Assembly: GCA_009377835.1 (NCBI GenBank)
Contig: WHTG01000022.1
Location: 2,406 to 26,405, forward strand
Direction of reading: 5' to 3'
Length of the DNA: 24,000 nucleotides
DNA from: Nitriliruptorales bacterium
GTDB lineage: Bacteria; Actinomycetota; Nitriliruptoria; Euzebyales; Egibacteraceae
Below the pieces are notes generated by a model, which saw only the letters and a list, made by a program, of their open reading frames with translations, was not told where the DNA came from and searched no databases. Of the stretch, positions 14,205 to 24,000 are shown piece by piece. Numbering within the stretch: the stretch's first letter is position 1; the number at the start of each line of letters is the position of its first letter. The translations under genes were made by a program, and so were the position numbers.

Positions 14205-16067
14205 ATGTTCCTGGACACCATCTCGTCGCCCAGCGACTTGAAGGGTCTCGGACGCGCGGAGCTGCGGGCGCTTGCCGATGAGATCCGCACCTTCATCGTG
14301 GAGGCCGTGGCACGCGGCGGCGGTCACCTGGGATCCAACCTCGGAGCAGTCGAGTTGACACTCGCGGTCCACCGGGTGTTCGACTCGCCCAGGGACCCGA
14401 TTCTGTGGGACACCGGCCACCAGGCGTATGTGCACAAGATCCTCACCGGCCGCAAGGACGGCTTCGAGACGCTGCGTCAGGCCGACGGGCTGTCCGGATA
14501 CCCGTCACGGCAGGAGTCGGAGCACGACTGGGTCGAGAACAGCCACGCCTCGACCATCCTGTCCTACGCCCACGGCCTGGCGAGCGCCTTCGACGAGCGC
14601 GGCGAGGACCGGCGGGTCGTCGCGATCGTCGGTGACGGTGCGATGACGGGCGGCATGGCGTACGAGGCGCTGAACAACCTGGGCCACAGCGGGCGGCGGG
14701 TGCTGATCATCCTCAACGACAACGGCCGGTCCTACGCCCCCACGGTGTCGCGCCTGTCCGAGAACCTCACGATGCTCCGGCTGAGCCCGTCGTGGGTGTC
14801 GACGCGCCGGCGCATCGAGGGGTGGACACGGGAGCTTCCGGGCGTGGGCGGGCTGGCGCTGTCGTCCTGGCAGGGCGTGAAGGCGGCCTTTCGCCAGATG
14901 CTCGAACCGCCCACGTTCTTCGAGTCGCTGGGCGTGCGCTACACCGGGCCGATCGACGGGCACGACATCGGCAAGTTGGAGCACGCGCTGCGCAACGCGG
15001 CGGAGTACGACGGGCCGATCGTGGTGCACGTACGCACACAGAAGGGCCGGGGCTACGCGCCGGCGGAGATGGACGTCGAGAAGTGCCTGCACGACATCTC
15101 TTCGTTCGACCCGGAAACCGGCCAGCCCAACGGTGGGGGCGCCCTCACCTACACACAGGTCTTCAGCGACACGATGGTGACGCTGACCGACGAGCATTCC
15201 GACGTCCTCGCGATCACCGCGGCCATGCCTGGATCGACGGGGCTGCTCCCCGTGCAGGAGCGCAATCCCGGCCGCGTGATCGACGTCGGCATCGCCGAGC
15301 AGCACGCCGTGACCGCCGCGGCAGGCATGGCCATGGGTGGGCTGCGCCCCGTCGTGGCCCTCTACTCGACTTTTTTCTCGCGCGCGTTCGACCAGGCGAA
15401 TCTCGACGTCGGCCTGCACGGGCAGAACGTCACGTTCGCGTTGGACCGCGCGGGCATCACCGGCGACGACGGCGCCTCGCACCATGGTGTGCTCGACATC
15501 GCGCTGTGTCTTCGCATTCCGGGCATGACGGTCTTCGCGCCGTCGTCGGCGGGCGAACTGGAGCGGATGCTGATCGACGCCGTCGCACTCCCCGGACCCG
15601 CGGTGGTGCGGTTCCCCAAGGGTGCCGCCCGGCAGACCGCCGCCGGGGCGGTCGGCGCGGGGTTGCGCTCCCGGAGGATCCGCGACGGCGCCGACGTGTG
15701 CATTCTGGGGGTGGGCAAGCTCGTCGAGGCCGCCGAGCAGGCCGCCGAGGAACTGGAGAGTGTCGGGGTCGCCGCGGCGGTATGGGACGTCCGGGTGATC
15801 AAGCCGCTCGACGTCGAGATGCTCCGAGCGGCCGCGGCGGCGCCCCTGGTCGTCACCGTCGAGGACGGCGTCCGTGTCGGCGGCGCCGGCTCCACGATCT
15901 CCGACGCGATCGCCGACCTCCAGGAGACTCGCCTGTCGCCCCCCGTGCTGACGTTGGGGACACCGGACGGCTATATCCCGCAGGCCAAGCCTGCGCGGAT
16001 CCACGCCGAACTGGGACTCGACGGACACGGGATCGCCGCGTCGATCCGCAAGGCCCTGGGGCGCTAA
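14205..16067 (+). CDS. dxs: 1-deoxy-D-xylulose-5-phosphate synthase
   Basis: MFLDTISSPSDLKGLGRAELRALADEIR..., GHLGSNLGAVELT, DTGHQAYVHKILTGR, TPP motif GDGAMTGGMAYEALNN, and IAEQHAVT. GGAGG lies 9 nt upstream of the ATG at 14205. The track extension from 13866 is rejected. Confidence 0.95.
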   Translation: MFLDTISSPSDLKGLGRAELRALADEIRTFIVEAVARGGGHLGSNLGAVELTLAVHRVFDSPRDPILWDTGHQAYVHKILTGRKDGFETLRQADGLSGYPSRQESEHDWVENSHASTILSYAHGLASAFDERGEDRRVVAIVGDGAMTGGMAYEALNNLGHSGRRVLIILNDNGRSYAPTVSRLSENLTMLRLSPSWVSTRRRIEGWTRELPGVGGLALSSWQGVKAAFRQMLEPPTFFESLGVRYTGPIDGHDIGKLEHALRNAAEYDGPIVVHVRTQKGRGYAPAEMDVEKCLHDISSFDPETGQPNGGGALTYTQVFSDTMVTLTDEHSDVLAITAAMPGSTGLLPVQERNPGRVIDVGIAEQHAVTAAAGMAMGGLRPVVALYSTFFSRAFDQANLDVGLHGQNVTFALDRAGITGDDGASHHGVLDIALCLRIPGMTVFAPSSAGELERMLIDAVALPGPAVVRFPKGAARQTAAGAVGAGLRSRRIRDGADVCILGVGKLVEAAEQAAEELESVGVAAAVWDVRVIKPLDVEMLRAAAAAPLVVTVEDGVRVGGAGSTISDAIADLQETRLSPPVLTLGTPDGYIPQAKPARIHAELGLDGHGIAASIRKALGR

Positions 16068-16142
16068 GCCCACTGCACCTCTGAAGGGCCCGGCAGATCC
16101 GCGAATTGCAGGGGTCCGCGTCCGATAGCGGCGAGGCGCTGA

Positions 16143-17210
16143 CTAGACGGCGCGGAACGCGGCGAGGTCCGCAAGGTCGGTCAGGGGACCGCGCGCGTCG
16201 CCGCGGATCTCCTGCAGCGCCGTCTCGGCAGCGGCGCGTTGCCGTGCGATCAGCGCCTCCACCTCAGCCAGGGCGCCGGACTCCTCGACGATGCCGCGCA
16301 CCCGGTCGGCGTCCGCGTCGCCGAGGCCCCGGCTGCCCAGCACCTGCTGCAGTGCATCGCGCTGCGGCGCCGTCGCGCGCTGCAACGTCTTGAGCACCAA
16401 AACGGTGCGCTTCCCCTCGCGCAGGTCGTCCAGATCGCCCTTGCCGGTCGACTCGGGATCGCCGAACATCCCGAGGATGTCGTCGCGAAGCTGGAACGCC
16501 ACGCCGACGGCGTCGCCGTATCGCTGGAGCGTCTCGTCCAGGACACCATCGCCCCCGCCGACCGCGGCACCCAACTGCAGCGGCCGCGTTACGGTGTAAC
16601 GCCCCGACTTGAGCAGCGCGACCCGCAACGCGTCGTCCTGGGTAGCTGTCGGAAGTCCCGCCAGGCGCATGTCGAGGTACTGCCCCGCCATCACCTCCAC
16701 GCGCAGTGTTGTGAACACCCGGCGGGCGCGGTTGAGCACCTCGGCGCCTACCGGTGTCGCGTCGAACATCTGGTCGGCCCAGACGAAGGCGAGATCCCCG
16801 GCGAGGATCGCGCCGCCGATGCCGAACCACGCCGCGTCACCTTCCAGGTTCTGGCGCCGATGCAGGTCCGCCAGCGACTGGAACGCGCTCGCGCGCCCGC
16901 GCCGCTCCGGCGACCGGTCCATCACGTCGTCGTGCAGCAGCGCGAACGTGTGCAGCAGCTGCACTGCCGCCGCCGGGTACAGCACGGCCTCGTCGTGCGC
17001 GGCGCCGGTCGCCCGGTGGCCCCAGTACACGAACGCGGGCCGCAGGTGCTTCCCGCCGGTGGCAACGAGGTCGGCGACCTCGTTGCCGACCGCGGTCAGA
17101 CCCGGGTCCAGCTCCTCGAGTTCCGCAACCCGTCGGTCGAGGAACGCCGCAAGGATTTCGTCGACGGGCTTGCGCACCGTCTCGAGAGCGTCGACGGACA
17201 CGGACGTCAC
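16143..17210 (-). CDS. polyprenyl diphosphate synthase (GGPP synthase-like, trans-prenyltransferase)
   Basis: First Asp-rich motif LLHDDVMD and second motif FQLRDDILGMFGD. The GTG start overlaps the gatB stop (GTGA at 17207..17210). Chain length is not determinable from sequence. Confidence 0.85.
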   Translation of the reverse strand: MTSVSVDALETVRKPVDEILAAFLDRRVAELEELDPGLTAVGNEVADLVATGGKHLRPAFVYWGHRATGAAHDEAVLYPAAAVQLLHTFALLHDDVMDRSPERRGRASAFQSLADLHRRQNLEGDAAWFGIGGAILAGDLAFVWADQMFDATPVGAEVLNRARRVFTTLRVEVMAGQYLDMRLAGLPTATQDDALRVALLKSGRYTVTRPLQLGAAVGGGDGVLDETLQRYGDAVGVAFQLRDDILGMFGDPESTGKGDLDDLREGKRTVLVLKTLQRATAPQRDALQQVLGSRGLGDADADRVRGIVEESGALAEVEALIARQRAAAETALQEIRGDARGPLTDLADLAAFRAV

Positions 17211-18673
17211 GATGACAACAGCCGCTCCCGCAACAACTGGTTGACCAGGCCCGGATTCGCCTGCCCGCGCGTCTCGCGCATCACTGCGCCGACCAGTGCG
17301 CCGATGGCCTTGTCGTTGCCGTCACGCACCTTCTGTGCCGCTGCGGGATCGGCCACGATGGCGGCGTCCACCGCCGCGGCGATGGCATCGGAGTCGGAGA
17401 TCTGCTCCAGCCCCCGTGCCTTGGTGACCTCGCGTGGAGATCCCTCGCCGGCCAGGACGCCGGTGAGGACCTGACGGGCGAGCTTCTTCGACAAGGTTCC
17501 GTCGCTGACCAGCGCCAGGAGTTCCGCCAGCCGGGCGCCTGTCAACGGCGCGGCGCTCGGTTCGAGGTCCTGCTCGTTGCCCCACGCGACGACCTCGTTG
17601 GTCAGCCAGTTCGCCGCCTCGCCGGCCGCAGCGCCGGCGCCGACGGCGTCCTCCAGAACGCCGTCGAGCCCGATGGCCACCAGCGTCGCCGCCTGCTCAC
17701 GGCCCACGCCGACGTCATCGACGAGACGCCGCCGCTTGGCGGCCGGCAACTCCGGGAGCGCAGCCCGCAGCTTCTCGATCCACCCGGCGTCGGGCGCGAC
17801 CGGTACCAGGTCCGGGTCGGGGAAGTACCGGTAGTCCTCGGTCGTCTCCTTGGTGCGCAGGGTCGACGTGCGGCCGGCGTCTTCGTCCCAGTGACGGGTC
17901 TCCTGCACGACCCTGTGGCCGTGGGTGAGCAGGTCCGTCTGCCGCGCGATCTCGTACTCGATCGCGCGCCCGAGCGAACGGATCGAGTTCATGTTCTTGA
18001 CCTCGGCACGGGTGCCGAAGACGGTATGCCCCACGGGCCGCAGCGAGACGTTCGCGTCGCAGCGCATGGAACCTTCTTCCAGTCGCGCGTCGCTGATGCC
18101 CAGCGCAAGCACGATGGCGCGCAGTTCCGCCAGGTACGCCTGGGCCTGCGCGGCGGTGCGGATGTCGGGTTCGGAGACGATCTCCAGCAACGGGATACCC
18201 GCGCGGTTGTAGTCGACGAGGCTGTACTCGGCGCCGTGGATCCGTCCCGAGGTTCCAACGTGCAGCGACTTCCCGGTGTCCTCCTCCATGTGCACACGGG
18301 TGATTCCGACGCGGTGGTCGCCTTCCCCGGTGGTCACCGTCAGTGCGCCGCCGAGGCATATGGGCACGTCGTACTGGCTGATCTGGTAGTTCTTCGGCAT
18401 GTCCGGATAGAAGTAATTCTTCCGGTGGAACTGGCTGACCGGCGTGATGTCGCACCCGAGTGCGAGCCCGAGCCGGATCGCGGCCTCGACCGCCTTGCCG
18501 TTCACGACCGGCAGGCTGCCCGGCTGACCCAGGCACACCGGACACGTCCGCGTGTTCGGCTCGCCGCCGAAGTCGATGGCGCACGAGCAGAACATCTTCG
18601 TGTTGGTGTTCAATTCGACGTGCACCTCGAGGCCGATGACCGCCTCGTAGTGGGTCGCCTGTTCCAGAACCAT
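17207..18673 (-). CDS. gatB: Asp-tRNA(Asn)/Glu-tRNA(Gln) amidotransferase subunit B
   Basis: YEAVIGLEVHVELNTNTKMFCSCA...RTCPVCLGQPGSLPV..., and a C-terminal GatB/YqeY domain. The start is placed at ATG 18673, one nt after the gatA stop. The track extension to 18817 is rejected. Confidence 0.95.
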   Translation of the reverse strand: MVLEQATHYEAVIGLEVHVELNTNTKMFCSCAIDFGGEPNTRTCPVCLGQPGSLPVVNGKAVEAAIRLGLALGCDITPVSQFHRKNYFYPDMPKNYQISQYDVPICLGGALTVTTGEGDHRVGITRVHMEEDTGKSLHVGTSGRIHGAEYSLVDYNRAGIPLLEIVSEPDIRTAAQAQAYLAELRAIVLALGISDARLEEGSMRCDANVSLRPVGHTVFGTRAEVKNMNSIRSLGRAIEYEIARQTDLLTHGHRVVQETRHWDEDAGRTSTLRTKETTEDYRYFPDPDLVPVAPDAGWIEKLRAALPELPAAKRRRLVDDVGVGREQAATLVAIGLDGVLEDAVGAGAAAGEAANWLTNEVVAWGNEQDLEPSAAPLTGARLAELLALVSDGTLSKKLARQVLTGVLAGEGSPREVTKARGLEQISDSDAIAAAVDAAIVADPAAAQKVRDGNDKAIGALVGAVMRETRGQANPGLVNQLLRERLLSS

Positions 18674-18674
18674 G

Positions 18675-20159
18675 TCAGCCGAGCTCCAGCGCGTTGGGCC
18701 CCCGCGGCGTCGGGTCGAACGCGATCTCCGCCTCCAACGCACGGGCGACACGGAACATGACCTGCTCGCCCAGCACGGGCCCCATGACCTGCACACCCAC
18801 CGGCAGACCCTTCTCATCGAGTCCTGCCGGCAGCGACATCGCCGGCGTCCCCGCCAGGCTGGCGGGAATCGTGAAGATGTCGTTGAGGTACATCGCCAGC
18901 GGGTCGTCGCTCTTGTCGCCGAAGCGGAACGCGGTGGTCGGTGCCGTCGGGCTGATCAGGGCGTCACACTGCTCGAACGCGGCGGCGAAGTCCCGCAGGA
19001 TCAGGGTGCGCACACGCTGGGCCTGCGCGTAGTAGGCGTCGTAGTAGCCGGCGGACAGCGCGTAGGTGCCGATCATGATGCGGCGCTTGACCTCGGCGCC
19101 GAAGCCGGCTTCCCGTGTGGCGGCCATCATCTCCTCGGCGGAATCCGCGTCGACGCGCAGCCCGTAGCGGACGCCGTCGAAGCGGGAGAGGTTGGACGAG
19201 CACTCGCTCGGCGCGATGAGGTAGTAGGCGCTGACGCCGTACACGGCGTGGGGGAGGCTGACCTCGACGATCTGGGCACCAAGCTTCGACAGGCGCTGGA
19301 TGGCCTCCTGCGTCCGGTCGCGGACACCCGGCTCCAGCCCCTCGCTTTCGAAGAACTCCCGCACGACTCCGATGCGCATACCGCCGACGCCGGCCTCCAG
19401 CCCTTCGCGCAGGTTCGGAAACGGCTCGGGGATCGAGGTCGAGTCCATGGGATCGTGGCCGGCGATGGCCTCCAGCATCCACGCCGCGTCGGTGACGGTG
19501 CGGGCGAAGGGGCTCGCCTGATCCAGCGATGAGGCGAACGCGATCATCCCGTACCGGCTGACGCGACCGTACGTCGGCTTGGCGCCCACCACCCCGCTGA
19601 ATGCAGCAGGCTGGCGCACCGATCCACCCGTGTCGGTCCCGACGGCCAGCGGTGTCTGGAACCCGGCCACCGCCGCCCCAGAGCCGGACGACGAGCCGCC
19701 CGGTACGCGCTCGAGGTCCCAGGGATTCGTCGTGAGCTGATACGCCGAGTTCTCGCCCGACGACCCCATGGCGAACTCGTCCATGTTCGTCTTGCCGAGC
19801 AGCACCGCGTCCGCGGCGTCCAAGCGCGAGGTCACCGTCGCGTCATAGGGCGGGCGGTAGCCCTCCAGAATCTTCGACCCGCAGGTGGTGGGCACGGCCC
19901 GGGTGGTGAAGATGTCCTTCAGCGCGACGGGGATGCCGGCGAGGAGCCCGGCGCCGGCTCCGTCCGCGATCCGCGCGTCGACCTCGCGGGCCTTCGTAAG
20001 GGCAGACTCGCGCATGACGACCAGGAACGCCTTCAGCTGGTCGTCCGTGGCCTCGATGTGATCCAGATGGGCCTGCGCCACCTCCACCGCGGAGACGTCG
20101 CCCGCATCGAGCAGGTTGCGCAGCCCGGCTGCGGTCTTCGTGACGAGCAGCTCGCCCAC
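18675..20159 (-). CDS. gatA: Asp-tRNA(Asn)/Glu-tRNA(Gln) amidotransferase subunit A
   Basis: Amidase signature [12 protein letters not shown] and KDIFTT... The GTG start follows immediately after the gatC TAG, with GAGGAGG 6 nt upstream. Confidence 0.95.
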   Translation of the reverse strand: MGELLVTKTAAGLRNLLDAGDVSAVEVAQAHLDHIEATDDQLKAFLVVMRESALTKAREVDARIADGAGAGLLAGIPVALKDIFTTRAVPTTCGSKILEGYRPPYDATVTSRLDAADAVLLGKTNMDEFAMGSSGENSAYQLTTNPWDLERVPGGSSSGSGAAVAGFQTPLAVGTDTGGSVRQPAAFSGVVGAKPTYGRVSRYGMIAFASSLDQASPFARTVTDAAWMLEAIAGHDPMDSTSIPEPFPNLREGLEAGVGGMRIGVVREFFESEGLEPGVRDRTQEAIQRLSKLGAQIVEVSLPHAVYGVSAYYLIAPSECSSNLSRFDGVRYGLRVDADSAEEMMAATREAGFGAEVKRRIMIGTYALSAGYYDAYYAQAQRVRTLILRDFAAAFEQCDALISPTAPTTAFRFGDKSDDPLAMYLNDIFTIPASLAGTPAMSLPAGLDEKGLPVGVQVMGPVLGEQVMFRVARALEAEIAFDPTPRGPNALELG

Positions 20160-20456
20160 CTACGCCTCCTCGCCCACGATCCGTGGGACGTGGAAGCGGC
20201 CGTCCTCTGCCTGCGGCGCGGTCGAGATGGCGTCTTCCGGGGGCAGCGACGCACGGGCCTCGTCCGTCCGGTACACGTTGCGCAGCGGATACGGGTGGCT
20301 CGTCGGAGGCACGTCCTCGGCCGCCACCTCCCCCACCTTCTCGGCGTAGGCCAGGATGTTGGACAGCTGCCCCCCCAGCGCCTCGACCTCATCGTCGGTC
20401 AGGGCGAGACGCGCGAGACGCGCGACGTGGCGGACATCGTCGGTGCTCAGTGACAC
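20160..20456 (-). CDS. gatC: Asp-tRNA(Asn)/Glu-tRNA(Gln) amidotransferase subunit C
   Basis: 98 aa. VRHVARLARLALTDDEVEALGGQLSNILAYAEKV is typical of GatC. GTG start. Confidence 0.9.
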   Translation of the reverse strand: MSLSTDDVRHVARLARLALTDDEVEALGGQLSNILAYAEKVGEVAAEDVPPTSHPYPLRNVYRTDEARASLPPEDAISTAPQAEDGRFHVPRIVGEEA

Positions 20457-20528
20457 GCCAGTTCAGGCTCCCGTGAGGCTTGGCAGATGGCGCTGGAAAC
20501 GGTACCGCGTCCCACGGCCCCGGTACCG

Positions 20529-20563
20529 GTTCAGCCGCCGGTCGTCGCGCTCGGCGGCTGAAC
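20529..20563 (-). terminator. perfect 12-bp inverted repeat downstream of the CtaG-like fragment
   Basis: GTTCAGCCGCCG-N11-CGGCGGCTGAAC. A second 7-bp inverted repeat, GGTACCG-N13-CGGTACC, lies at 20501..20527. No U-tract follows. Confidence 0.35.
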
Positions 20564-20580
20564 GCGCGCCTGAACGTCGG

Positions 20581-20805
20581 TCAGCGCGTCGCCTCGCGCT
20601 CGGTGGACCGCAGCCACAACGTGAACAACGCCAGGCCGGCGACGACGTAGACCGCCCCGGCGGGGATCCACATGATCACGCCCGCCAGCTGCTGATCCGC
20701 CAGGGGTTCCAGGCCCCACGCCCGGGTCGTCGTGGCATATCCCGCGTACCACGGCGTGCGGGCGAAGGTGAGCAGCGCCGACAGGACGACGCTTTGCAGG
20801 GCCAT
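20581..20805 (-). pseudogene. orphan 74-codon ORF resembling only the C-terminal two helices of a Caa3_CtaG/CopD-like membrane protein
   Basis: PLADQQLAGVIMWIPAGAVYVVAGLALFTLWL resembles the DQQ-xG-x-MW C-terminal pattern of CtaG-type assembly factors (recalled, not searched). Codon third positions are strongly G/C, so it is, or recently was, coding. Only 68 nt separate it from the ligA stop, so the usual N-terminal transmembrane helices are absent. Confidence 0.45.
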
Positions 20806-20808
20806 CCC

Positions 20809-20844
20809 GAAAATCAGCAGGACCCCGAATCCGTCCGCGGTCCT
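20809..20844 (-). terminator. possible ligA terminator
   Basis: Reverse strand has AGGACC-N14-GGTCCT followed, after 5 nt, by ATTTTC. The stem is weak (6 bp). It ends 4 nt before the ATG of the CtaG-like ORF. Confidence 0.3.
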
Positions 20845-20873
20845 CGGCCAACCTGTGGGGCCTGAAGGTTCGC

Positions 20874-22910
<2,037 letters not shown>

Positions 22911-22988
22911 CTAAGTTTCAGCAGCCGAGCCGCCGAGAACGATGTCGGTAGTCCACACATGCCGCCGATCGACACCGAGGCGATGACC

Positions 22989-23138
22989 ATGGCAACAACG
23001 CTCCTCCTTCTCCTGGCGCTGACGGCGATGGTGTGGCTCTACAGCGTGAACCGGCCGCAGCCGGTGAAGGTGCGCCGCAACCTCCGCCCCGACGAGGTGC
23101 GAGCGGCGCAGCTCAACCGGCGACTCGACCGCCGCTGA
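22989..23138 (+). CDS. hypothetical small single-pass membrane protein (49 aa)
   Basis: MATTLLLLLALTAMVWLYSVNRPQPVKVRRNLRPDEVRAAQLNRRLDRR: a hydrophobic helix followed by a basic tail. G/C-rich third codon positions. GAGG lies 8 nt upstream. In-frame alternative ATGs are at 22959 and 22983. It overlaps the mnmA 3' end by 26 nt, convergently. No homology evidence. Confidence 0.35.
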   Translation: MATTLLLLLALTAMVWLYSVNRPQPVKVRRNLRPDEVRAAQLNRRLDRR

Positions 23139-24000
23139 GTTGCCCGCCGGCGGTCACCGCCGGCCGGGATACGATCGTCCCACCCCCCAGGCACTCGTCG
23201 CCCCGGTAGAACACCACAGCCTGGCCAGGCGCGACACCAACCGGGCGCTCGTGGACGAACGCGACCTGCCAGCGATCTTCACCCTGCTGCTCCAGCAGGC
23301 ACGGCAAAGGCTCGCCGCGGTAGCGGACCTGAGCCGCGAGTTCTCCTGAAGGTTCCACGCCCGCGACCCAGGACGGCCGCGCCATCTCGAGTTGTTCCGT
23401 TTCGAGAGCGGAACGCGGACCGACGTGGACGTCGTCACCGTCGATCGCCGTCACGAACAGCGGCTCGTCGAACCCGGCAAGGCCCAGACCCCGTCGCTGG
23501 CCGACGGTGAAGCGGTACGCCCCGTCGTGCCGTCCGACCACGCTGCCGTCGGGGCCGATGAACGAACCGGCGTGCCGGCCCAACCGCGGCCGCAGGAAGG
23601 CACCGAGGTCCCCGGACGGGATGAAGCAGACGTCGTGGCTGTCCGGCTTGGTGGCGGTGATCAGCCCGCGGTCGCGGGCCATGTCGCGCAGCTGGGCCTT
23701 GCGGTACTCGCCGACCGGCCACACCGTGTGGCGCAACTGTCCCTGCGTCGCCATGTACAGGACGTACGTCTGGTCCTTGCCAGGGTCGGCCGCGCGGTGC
23801 AGGTGATAGACGTCCTGGTCGTCGCGACGCAAGCGGACGTGATGGCCGGTTGCGAGAGCGTCGAATCCCACCGCGCAGGCGCGGGCCAGCAGGGCCGCGT
23901 ACTTGACGCGCTCGTTGCAGCGGATGCAGGGGTTGGGGGTGCGGCCCGCCCCGTACTCGGCCACGAAGTCGTCGACGACGCGCTCGGTATCGCCGACGAT
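23113..24000 (-). CDS. mnmA: tRNA-specific 2-thiouridylase, C-terminal about 295 codons (N-terminus lies beyond the right edge)
   Basis: ...DDFVAEYGAGRTPNPCIRCNERVKYAALL..., ATGHHVRL, DPGKDQTYVLY, KPDSHDVCF. The reading frame is open to position 24000. The PP-loop N-terminus is outside the window. Confidence 0.9.
   Translation of the reverse strand: MVGDTERVVDDFVAEYGAGRTPNPCIRCNERVKYAALLARACAVGFDALATGHHVRLRRDDQDVYHLHRAADPGKDQTYVLYMATQGQLRHTVWPVGEYRKAQLRDMARDRGLITATKPDSHDVCFIPSGDLGAFLRPRLGRHAGSFIGPDGSVVGRHDGAYRFTVGQRRGLGLAGFDEPLFVTAIDGDDVHVGPRSALETEQLEMARPSWVAGVEPSGELAAQVRYRGEPLPCLLEQQGEDRWQVAFVHERPVGVAPGQAVVFYRGDECLGGGTIVSRPAVTAGGQLSGGRVAG

Noticed and set aside
14505-16084. Long alternative-frame and antisense ORFs inside dxs (14505..16073 minus strand, 14792..16084 plus strand). 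A similar case is 20944..22614, minus strand, inside ligA.
   Set aside because: They overlap strongly supported genes in other frames. Their translations are Arg/Gly/Pro-rich, with no motifs.

Overview
Very GC-rich, almost fully coding chromosomal segment with actinobacterial-type gene content. GC content was not computed, but third codon positions are overwhelmingly G/C. All but three coding regions are on the minus strand.

Gene order, left to right in + coordinates:
- a partial alpha/beta hydrolase
- a 2-oxoacid dehydrogenase operon (E2 <- E1beta <- E1alpha)
- a divergent CbiX/SirB-type chelatase (+)
- a convergent secreted HExxH protein
- 2-hydroxyacid dehydrogenase <- serA <- metF
- a chimeric gene remnant
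- ilvN <- ilvB with a candidate leader peptide and attenuator
- a type-2 IPP isomerase
- dxs (+)
- polyprenyl synthase <- gatB <- gatA <- gatC
- an orphan CtaG-like fragment
- ligA
- a small membrane ORF (+)
- partial mnmA

I saw no rRNA, tRNA, CRISPR array, transposase, integrase, or recognisable defence or toxin genes. This looks like a housekeeping core region, not an accessory island.

The most unusual signal is in the two intercistronic spacers of the dehydrogenase operon. Each is filled by a tandem repeat (36 bp x about 2.5 copies, and 38 bp x 2 copies).
- The units share a hairpin core with compensatory stem changes.
- The units encode mini-ORFs whose start and stop codons interlock exactly with the flanking genes (TGATG / TAATG overlaps). 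This is the architecture described for mycobacterial MIRU elements.

Secondary points:
- a GntR-HTH/SDR chimeric remnant where ilvC would normally follow ilvN
- an isoprenoid-supply trio (fni, dxs, polyprenyl synthase) wedged between ilvBN and gatCAB
- a long hairpin abutting the metF start codon
- repeats in the bkd/cbiX divergent control region

I cannot support a claim of a new multi-gene system from this sequence alone.
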